Made by a program: the position numbers and the translations under genes. From an uncultured Candidatus Saccharibacteria bacterium (GTDB lineage: Bacteria; Patescibacteriota; Minisyncoccia; Phycocordibacterales; PALSA-1337), in assembly GCA_964495685.1 (NCBI GenBank), contig CAZBVQ010000001.1, forward strand, positions 169,521 through 233,520: a stretch of 64,000 nt of DNA. The letters are read 5' to 3'. The notes beneath the pieces were generated by a model. The model was not told the origin of the DNA, did no database searches, and was given only the letters and a program-made list of their open reading frames with translations. Below, one piece after another: positions 57,063-64,000 of the stretch (position 1 is its first letter; each line of letters opens with the position of its first letter).

Positions 57063-58004
57063 ATGCTATATTTGCTTTGCTTATACCCCATGTTCACCAT
57101 CCTGCTTTTCTATAAATACGTCGAAATCACCGACCCCCAAGCTCTGGCTGACACCCAGCGAGCTCTCTGTGAGCGACTCTCTCTCCGTGGGCGCATCATT
57201 GTGGCTCATGAAGGCATCAATGCTACACTCGAAGGTACCACCGAAATGATCACTGCATACTGTGCTGAGCTGACCGCTGATCCACGGTTCGCCGATGTGC
57301 ACCTCAAGAAGAGTGTCGGCACCGGCAAAGCATTCCCCAAGCTTTCTATCAAAGTCAGAAAAGAAATCGTCACCCTCGGACTTCCTGCAACGCGAGATAT
57401 CGATCCGCGTACCACCACAGGGAAGTACCTCAGTCCACAGCAGTTGCAGGAATGGTTCGCCGCCGGCAAAAAGTTCAAGATCGTCGATATGCGTAATGAC
57501 TATGAGCACAAGGTCGGGCACTTCAAGGGCTCCGTCCTGCCACCACTCCACAATTTCCGTGACTTGCCCAAGGCGCTTCCGACATTGGAGCCCCTCAAAC
57601 ATGAGACCGTCCTCACCGTCTGTACTGGTGGTGTGCGCTGTGAGAAGGCTTCTGGCTTCTTGGTCAAGAATGGCTTCACTGATGTCTACCAACTCGCTGG
57701 CGGTATCGTGAGCTACATGGAGCAGTTCGAACGCTCCGCCGACGGTAGTCGTCCTGCCCAGAATTTCCTCGGCTCGCTCTACGTCTTCGATGATCGGGTG
57801 ACTATGGCATATGCCTCACCAGTCGAGCGTCCCGTCATCGGGAGCTGTGCCGTCTGCGCCGCGCCTACCGAGACCTATATCAACTGCGCCCATGACGTCT
57901 GTCACAAACATTTCCTCGTCTGTGCCGGCTGCGAGCGAGAGGGGATGCTGTGCCCTGATGGCGATCATTCCAGCGTTGTCGGCTTGAATAAAGTGTCAAA
58001 ATAG
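57063..58004 (+). CDS. trhO: Rhodanese-domain tRNA uridine(34) hydroxylase TrhO/YceA family (ORF track start 56871 is an overextension)
   Basis: FYKYVEITDP...LRGRIIVAHEGINATLEG signature of UPF0176/YceA, a rhodanese active site CTGGVRCEKAS, and a C-terminal Cys-rich tail. Confidence 0.85.
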   Translation: MLYLLCLYPMFTILLFYKYVEITDPQALADTQRALCERLSLRGRIIVAHEGINATLEGTTEMITAYCAELTADPRFADVHLKKSVGTGKAFPKLSIKVRKEIVTLGLPATRDIDPRTTTGKYLSPQQLQEWFAAGKKFKIVDMRNDYEHKVGHFKGSVLPPLHNFRDLPKALPTLEPLKHETVLTVCTGGVRCEKASGFLVKNGFTDVYQLAGGIVSYMEQFERSADGSRPAQNFLGSLYVFDDRVTMAYASPVERPVIGSCAVCAAPTETYINCAHDVCHKHFLVCAGCEREGMLCPDGDHSSVVGLNKVSK

Positions 58005-58128
58005 CGTATTTTGTATGGGTTCGTTACAAAACGCCCTAAACTTGCTCTGCTTCCCGTGCTTGCACTGCGAAGCTTGAGTGAAGCGAAAGCGTAGCAGCCC
58101 TCCTTCGCCAAGGCTACGGAGGATACAA

Positions 58129-58199
58129 TGCGGGATCGTCTAATGGTAGGACACAGCTCTCTGAAAGCTGGTATCTTGGTTCGAGTCCAAGTCCCGCAG
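58129..58199 (+). tRNA. tRNA-Gln (CUG)
   Basis: U1-A72 acceptor (TGCGGGA/TCCCGCA), D-arm of Glx type, anticodon loop CTCTGAA, discriminator G. Confidence 0.8.
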
Positions 58200-58219
58200 C
58201 AATAATTAAAACCTATACA

Positions 58220-58912
58220 ATGCAACTATTTTTATCAGGTGGAGGAGATAGCGACAAATCATTTGAATACGATAAAAAATTTATCGAAGCAATTGATACA
58301 ACAAAACCAGTTTTATATATCCCCATCGCAATGCCGCAAGAGACCCATTCTTATGGAGACTGTCTGAAATGGGTTAAGAATAATTTCAAACCTTTTTCGT
58401 TCGATAATTTTGTCATGTGGACAGAGGAAGATTTGAAGATCAAGAAAATTGAAGATTTTAAACAATTTGGTGGGATTTATATTGGCGGCGGGAATACTTT
58501 TAAACTTCTAAAAGAACTAAAGGAATTTGGAACCGTAGAAATACTTATTGAATTGGCAAAACAAAATATTCCAATTTTTGGCGGAAGCGCCGGTGCAATC
58601 ATTTGGGGTAAAACAATATGCACGGCAATTGGTTATGACGACAATGAAGTCCGACTATCCGATTTCTCTGCTTTTAATAAGGTATTTGGTTATGAAATAT
58701 GGTGCCATTATTTAATTGAATCAGAAAAGAGCAAGGTCATCGAATACATGTCCAAATACAAACTTAAAAAAGTAATTGTGATGCCTGATGATGCAGGGAT
58801 AATTGTTAGGGAATCTTCAATTGAATTCGTTGGACCCGCAGCCTCGTGGATTTTTGATGAAGAGGGAGTAAGAGAAATAAAAGCTGGAAGTGTAATTAAT
58901 GTTGTTGCATAA
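58220..58912 (+). CDS. Peptidase S51 family (dipeptidase E / cyanophycinase-like)
   Basis: LFLSGGG...IYIGGGNTF...GGSAGAII motifs. AT-rich, lying immediately downstream of tRNA-Gln. Confidence 0.75.
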   Translation: MQLFLSGGGDSDKSFEYDKKFIEAIDTTKPVLYIPIAMPQETHSYGDCLKWVKNNFKPFSFDNFVMWTEEDLKIKKIEDFKQFGGIYIGGGNTFKLLKELKEFGTVEILIELAKQNIPIFGGSAGAIIWGKTICTAIGYDDNEVRLSDFSAFNKVFGYEIWCHYLIESEKSKVIEYMSKYKLKKVIVMPDDAGIIVRESSIEFVGPAASWIFDEEGVREIKAGSVINVVA

Positions 58913-59048
58913 AATGCAGACCGAGACACATCGTTTCAATATATAAAATTATGCTAGTGTACTTTTACAAGGTCTTACCCCATTTGGTTCTAGACCGAAG
59001 AACACAGCACGAGTCAACGTAGTATCGAGGCTTAGACCGGAGAGCCTC

Positions 59049-59082
59049 AAACAAAAATATCCCTTGAGGGATATTTTTGTTT
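59049..59082. terminator. Perfect 34 nt palindrome AAACAAAAATATCCCT-T-GAGGGATATTTTTGTTT (bidirectional terminator)
   Basis: Lies between the convergent S51 peptidase and recombinase genes. Confidence 0.65.
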
Positions 59083-59088
59083 CCCTCG

Positions 59089-60387
59089 TTAAGACTTAGA
59101 AAGACTTATTACTTTTTTTGTTAGGATCAGCTTACTTTTCAAGTTTGATAGAAGTTCACGTTTTTCTTCCGCTGTGCCCTCCGTGAGTACATGCTCCGCG
59201 TACTGTTTAGGATTATATTCGACTGCAATCTTTGGTTGTTTGATTCCATAGAATTGCTTTTGAAATCTCATCATTCGATCCTGTTCCTGATCAAACTTTC
59301 TTTTTATAAGTTTCTCGTCAATCTCGACTTTCTCAATTAAGGTGACTAGCTGTTTTATCAGCTCTTCCTCACGAACATATCCGCATTTGCAGCTAAGATC
59401 TTTTGATCTATTGCACCCATAGTATATGTAGTGAGCCTCGCCACCATTGGCAAGTTTCTTCCATTTCTCATCTGCCACCACTCCTGACCCGCACAATCCG
59501 CACGTCATGATTCTCGAGAAAGCGAACTCTTTCCGTTCATGGACGATATCTGACCGTTTTAGATGTTCTTGGACTTTCTCATATAGTTCACGAGTGATGA
59601 GTGGCTCATGTCGGCCTGTATACCAATTGCCACTCTTAGCTGGGTACTCGAATTGTCCGTAGAAAAACGGCGTTTGAAGCAATCGATAGATATTGCTCAG
59701 CGTCAGTGGTTTATTGCTTGTCGCGCTTCTAAAGTTTAGGTCGAACTTCAGCCAGTTGTATATTTTTCTGCCTGACCATTTTTCGTGCGCTACTTTCTCA
59801 AACATTCTCCTCATGACCGGTCCTCGTTCCGGATCGATGATCACGTATCCTTTTCGGTCAAGACGCTTCTCGTTTAGATATCCCGTAGGTGCAGGGGCTG
59901 GCCATAGACCCATCTCACAGCGAGTTCTAAGACCTCGCTTCACGTTTACGCTTTTGTTGTCATTTTCAAGCTTCGCCTGACTACATAGGATCATGAGAAG
60001 AAACTTATCGCTTGGCGAGTTTGTGAATTTTTGTCCGTACGTTTTTATCTCAATTAGTAGTTTCTGATCCATTAGGTCCACAAGGCTACCTAGATCGCCC
60101 GCATTTCTTGAAAGGCGGTCAGGATGCCATACCAGAATGCCGTTATATCTACCTGTCTGAATATCGGACAAAATCTCCTTGAATACAGGGCGCTGACCTG
60201 ATTCCTTGGCTGAGTGCGCTTCACGACGGATATCGATAATATCCATTCCATCACGCTCAGCGATCTGTAACATCTCTTTTACCTGTGAATCGATTGAAAG
60301 GGCTTGTTTTTCCTCCGCCTCGGTCGACTTGCGGGCATAGAGAACGTACTTCATTTTCACCGGTTCGATTTTTTGTTTGTTTTCCAT
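59089..60387 (-). CDS. Large serine recombinase (serine integrase)
   Basis: N-terminal resolvase catalytic domain (YARKST...SIDSQ), a recombinase domain, and a zinc-ribbon CGLCGS...C.C. Confidence 0.88.
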   Translation of the reverse strand: MENKQKIEPVKMKYVLYARKSTEAEEKQALSIDSQVKEMLQIAERDGMDIIDIRREAHSAKESGQRPVFKEILSDIQTGRYNGILVWHPDRLSRNAGDLGSLVDLMDQKLLIEIKTYGQKFTNSPSDKFLLMILCSQAKLENDNKSVNVKRGLRTRCEMGLWPAPAPTGYLNEKRLDRKGYVIIDPERGPVMRRMFEKVAHEKWSGRKIYNWLKFDLNFRSATSNKPLTLSNIYRLLQTPFFYGQFEYPAKSGNWYTGRHEPLITRELYEKVQEHLKRSDIVHERKEFAFSRIMTCGLCGSGVVADEKWKKLANGGEAHYIYYGCNRSKDLSCKCGYVREEELIKQLVTLIEKVEIDEKLIKRKFDQEQDRMMRFQKQFYGIKQPKIAVEYNPKQYAEHVLTEGTAEEKRELLSNLKSKLILTKKVISLSKS

Positions 60388-60492
60388 ATACCATCAAGGG
60401 ATGACGAATATTGCCGTGAAAGTCTAGACCTGTTTATGCTCTTTCAAATTGTCTAAATTTGTGGGATTATTCAGATATCTTTTGTAAAGATT

Positions 60493-61134
60493 ATGAATGA
60501 TATTTGGATATACATAAAAGATGTTCTACACAGTCTTAGTAAACTAGTAGAAAATCATCCGGCGCTATCGTCAGGATTTTTTACTATCCTTGGAGCAGTA
60601 TTGAGCATAATATTCGATTTGAAAAAGAAAGTAGAAACACAAACCACAAAAATAAAATCTCGGATTAAAACAAGAAATTTTACTTTTATATTCGGTAGCA
60701 ATAACAACGTATCCCAAGCATCTTCGCATGGAGAAATTGCGAGACAACAACCTGCGGTTGTTTCAGCCACGGATTACAACGGTCCCTTGTCGAATACTCA
60801 GCGTGAAATTTGTAGGAGAGTGAAGTCATTGTCAATTAAATATTCCTCGCAGATAGATATTGAAGCGTCTTTTGATGATTCAATAAGAACTCTAAATTCA
60901 AATGAGGTTAATTTGGCGGCGGGTAAGTTTGTTCAACTATTTAACATTGTTTCATCGGGTCTGACCGTTATAGCGCAAAGTAATAATGCTATTGATGAAT
61001 TAAATCAGCTTGTTACTTTGACGAACGGACTTCATGGTTTGATTGGAACTTCAACAGACCAAGATTCATTCAAGAGACAGATTTCAAGTTGCGAATCGAT
61101 GTTATGGAAACTGTTAGTCAAACTGCCCATATGA
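60493..61134 (+). CDS. Hypothetical single-TM protein (island cargo)
   Basis: 213 aa with one TM helix (FFTILGAVLSIIF). Its stop overlaps the next gene's start (ATGA). Confidence 0.5.
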   Translation: MNDIWIYIKDVLHSLSKLVENHPALSSGFFTILGAVLSIIFDLKKKVETQTTKIKSRIKTRNFTFIFGSNNNVSQASSHGEIARQQPAVVSATDYNGPLSNTQREICRRVKSLSIKYSSQIDIEASFDDSIRTLNSNEVNLAAGKFVQLFNIVSSGLTVIAQSNNAIDELNQLVTLTNGLHGLIGTSTDQDSFKRQISSCESMLWKLLVKLPI

Positions 61135-64000
61135 ACCAACTTCAAATTCACAAAAAAATAGATGATTTTTTCCAAAGTGGTGTTACCAACGCCTCTATTT
61201 TGACTGCGCGTGAATTGATCAACCATAACGCTGATGCAAAGAGGTATTTCTTTTCAAAAGCGAATGAGACTTGGTTGAAATGGTTTATAGATAATGATCT
61301 TTTCACTGAACTTAAAAAGAAAGCCGATGACCCTACAACATATGGTTACCGCATAACCGAATTGGAGTATCTGACTCGCATGGCTGAAAAGGAGCCGAAG
61401 ATAGTTGCCGATATTATACTTTCAGTTCCTATCTCAAAAGAGACATTTAATCCTGAAGTAATCGATCGATTCTTTTGGGTTACTAGTTTGCTTCCTCTTG
61501 AGCAGATAAAAACCATATTACCGAAGATGCTTTCGGACGGATGGCTGCCGCTCATGTCTCACTTCGGCCGTTCGGGGTATGAGTATCAAAAAATGGTTGA
61601 GAAAGTATCTCAAGCAAAGGATTATGATGCCGCGCTTAGTCTTGCCCGAGTCATCCTAACTGTAAGACCGAAAACTGACTTCGAAAAGTCTGAGCGTTTC
61701 TCAATATCCGATAACTTCTTTTACCTTAGAGATATAAGTGAAACGGGTATATTTGAATTATTGGTTGCCGACGATAATTCAAAGAAAGAAGAATCTCTGA
61801 AGTTGCTGTTAGAGACTATTACCACGATTGTGGGTCTCGGCAAGGACCCTGAAGAAGCTGTTTTCGCGAAAGCGGAACCTTTTTATCTCCTTGACGTTGA
61901 TATCTTCACGTTGGAATTGGATACAGATAAACGCTCTCACATGAGGGAGGATATTCAGAACCTTGTTGCGACATACAAGATATTAATTCGACAAACTCTT
62001 GGTTCTCTCTGTGATAATGCTATCCAAGCAAAGAGGATTTACACATCATATGTAGCCACATTGCCAGATAGCCGTACCTGCTACAGGCTTAAATTATACG
62101 CCGCCACACGCTGTGTCGATGTATTTAAATTAGAAATTACGGAAGCCTTGTTCCGTGTGTTCAGTGTCGGTGAAAGGTATTTTGAGATTGAAGGTGGGGC
62201 CGAGTATCATCAGGCGCTCATTGCTTCGTTTGGATCCCTAGATCCAAAGACAACTCAACGTGAATACATAAAAAGTGTTATTGGATACTTTGGTGCCCAT
62301 CTCAATGATGCTGATAAGGAAAAATGGAGAAAGAGAGACGGTCGCGAGATCCTGTCGTATATAAAAGAATATATCCTACCCGAGGAGAAGGGCGCTGTCG
62401 AAAATATTTTTGGTACCCTGCTCGCTAGCGATAAAGTCAAACCTCGTCCGTCGGTTGGCGAGGTTGTGAGTGGAACGGTCAATCACAAGCCCCCTTTTAA
62501 TCCGGGCGATTTCAGTATTGCTGAATTGATTTCTCTCCTTAAGACCGACGCCACACCCAAAAAACTTGAGGAAAAGTATAGAGGCGATGATTTTCTAAAT
62601 CCTCGAGGTGCGGAAGGTCTGGCGGATGCTATAAAAACTGATTTCAAGAAACGCAGATCTGAATATTTTGCAAAACTCGATCAATTCTTTGATCGAGACG
62701 GTATTGATGCTAGCTATGTCTACTCTGTTCTCCAGCAAATCGATAACATGTTCAGGGAGAAGGAGGTGTTTACTGATGGTGAATGTATCCAGCTTATTAA
62801 CTTCTTTGATCTCATAAAGAAATCGGGAGAAAAAAAGGAATTCGAGCCAGCTGATGAAAAATCATATATCGCGGATTGGATTACCGTGCATAAAATGGTT
62901 GCGGACATTTTATTGGACATTCTTGCTGTGGTAAAAGATTCTAAAGTATTTAAGGAGAATCGAGACAAGATTTTAGGTATTATTAAATATCTACTCACAA
63001 TTAAATCTAGTCCTAACACAGATGATGATAAGCGTGAATCCAATGAACCTGCCTTAGTAGCTGTTAATTCGGTAAGAGGTCAAGCATATAGAGCATTTGT
63101 CCAGTTTACGTATAACGATGGTAATAATCAGTTATCTAAAGACGTGAAGGAGATATTTGTACAAGTACTTAATAACGACAAATCAAATGCAGTCAGGTTC
63201 ACGTTGGGTCAATTTCTATCTTCCTTTTACTATCGAGATATTATCTTCATAAAGGGACTGTTATCTAAAATCTTTCCGACTGATTTGGTAGGTGAAAAAC
63301 AGTACTTTGCGACATGGGAAGGATACCTCTCGGTATCTCTCTATAAAGAATTGTTTGTAGAACTTAAAGACTATTATCTCTATGCAGTTAAAATAGATCC
63401 AGAAAAATATCCTGAAAGAAAGTATCTGAAAGGACTTGATGAATCCTTGGCGACTCATTTGGCTCTTGCTTACATGCATTTTGATGACTTTAAAATTGAT
63501 GATCCACTTTTTGATTTATTCTGGAAGACACGTAATGAGACTAGGCACTTCGAGTTTATCTCTTTTATCGGAAGACACTGCATTAATCAAAGTCGGACAG
63601 AAGATTCTTGGTTTGAGGAAAATGGTGTTAGTAAAGAAAAGATAATTAATTTCTGGAATTGGATCATAACTACAGATATTTCAATAGAACCAAAAGCTTT
63701 TGCCGGATTTGGTTTTTGGATAAATCCTGATGTTGAAATTATTGAGGATAAAACGGTTATTAAGAATCTTCCTGCAACACTTAAAAAATCTGAGGGCGAT
63801 TTCGATTGGGATTATGGACTTACGAAGAGAATAACAAGATTTGCCGAATTGGATCCTAAATCAACGCTTGAAGTTATTAGGGCATTTCTACTGTTGAACG
63901 ATGAGCTTAGCCCACATAGGAGATCTCCAATGTTTAGTTTAGATAGAGAAATCAAGGATGCTCTTGAGATTATCTACAAGAATGCCTCGTTGAAGAATGG
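61131..64000 (+). CDS. Very large hypothetical alpha-helical protein (at least 956 aa, continues beyond window end)
   Basis: Uninterrupted + frame from ATG 61131 to the window end, AT-rich, no recognisable catalytic motifs. Not in the ORF track because it lacks a stop within the window. Confidence 0.6.
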   Translation, partial: MNQLQIHKKIDDFFQSGVTNASILTARELINHNADAKRYFFSKANETWLKWFIDNDLFTELKKKADDPTTYGYRITELEYLTRMAEKEPKIVADIILSVPISKETFNPEVIDRFFWVTSLLPLEQIKTILPKMLSDGWLPLMSHFGRSGYEYQKMVEKVSQAKDYDAALSLARVILTVRPKTDFEKSERFSISDNFFYLRDISETGIFELLVADDNSKKEESLKLLLETITTIVGLGKDPEEAVFAKAEPFYLLDVDIFTLELDTDKRSHMREDIQNLVATYKILIRQTLGSLCDNAIQAKRIYTSYVATLPDSRTCYRLKLYAATRCVDVFKLEITEALFRVFSVGERYFEIEGGAEYHQALIASFGSLDPKTTQREYIKSVIGYFGAHLNDADKEKWRKRDGREILSYIKEYILPEEKGAVENIFGTLLASDKVKPRPSVGEVVSGTVNHKPPFNPGDFSIAELISLLKTDATPKKLEEKYRGDDFLNPRGAEGLADAIKTDFKKRRSEYFAKLDQFFDRDGIDASYVYSVLQQIDNMFREKEVFTDGECIQLINFFDLIKKSGEKKEFEPADEKSYIADWITVHKMVADILLDILAVVKDSKVFKENRDKILGIIKYLLTIKSSPNTDDDKRESNEPALVAVNSVRGQAYRAFVQFTYNDGNNQLSKDVKEIFVQVLNNDKSNAVRFTLGQFLSSFYYRDIIFIKGLLSKIFPTDLVGEKQYFATWEGYLSVSLYKELFVELKDYYLYAVKIDPEKYPERKYLKGLDESLATHLALAYMHFDDFKIDDPLFDLFWKTRNETRHFEFISFIGRHCINQSRTEDSWFEENGVSKEKIINFWNWIITTDISIEPKAFAGFGFWINPDVEIIEDKTVIKNLPATLKKSEGDFDWDYGLTKRITRFAELDPKSTLEVIRAFLLLNDELSPHRRSPMFSLDREIKDALEIIYKNASLKN

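Larger units (their letters stand above)
58200..64000. mobile_element. Putative integrated genomic island adjacent to the tRNA-Gln 3' end (serine integrase plus AT-rich cargo); right boundary beyond window
   Basis: An abrupt drop in GC starts immediately after tRNA-Gln. The island contains a large serine recombinase and genes of unknown function. Confidence 0.55.

Overview
This 64 kb window looks like a compact, gene-dense bacterial chromosome segment with an organisation typical of Patescibacteria/CPR-like genomes, at roughly 50% GC with lower-GC islets. Most genes are on the + strand and are housekeeping: smpB with tmRNA, two tandem 7TM histidine kinases, ftsH, recG, tyrS, comF, ligA, gatC, gatA, prfB (RF2), ftsE, ftsX, pyrG and trhO. 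There is a complete type IV pilus locus (pilM/N/O/P-like, pilB, CheY-like receiver, pilT, pilC, major pilin, pilD and five pilin-like or minor-pilin genes), and ten tRNAs. Three features stand out. First, 115 to 123 nt GC-rich palindromic elements are inserted in frame inside recG and comF (RPE-like), and there are two further families of intergenic palindromic repeats. Second, a cell-surface locus at about 44.5 to 52.3 kb contains WxL-like and DUF916-like (csc-like) proteins next to an FN3/dockerin protein and two membrane-anchored cohesin-like proteins. Third, the 3' end of the window carries an AT-rich genomic island inserted beside tRNA-Gln, with a large serine recombinase and uncharacterised cargo including a helical protein of at least 956 aa that runs off the window. 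Two tRNAs have unusual apparent anticodons (UAU and ACU). All functional calls rest on motif-level reading of the translated ORFs, so I ran no database searches.
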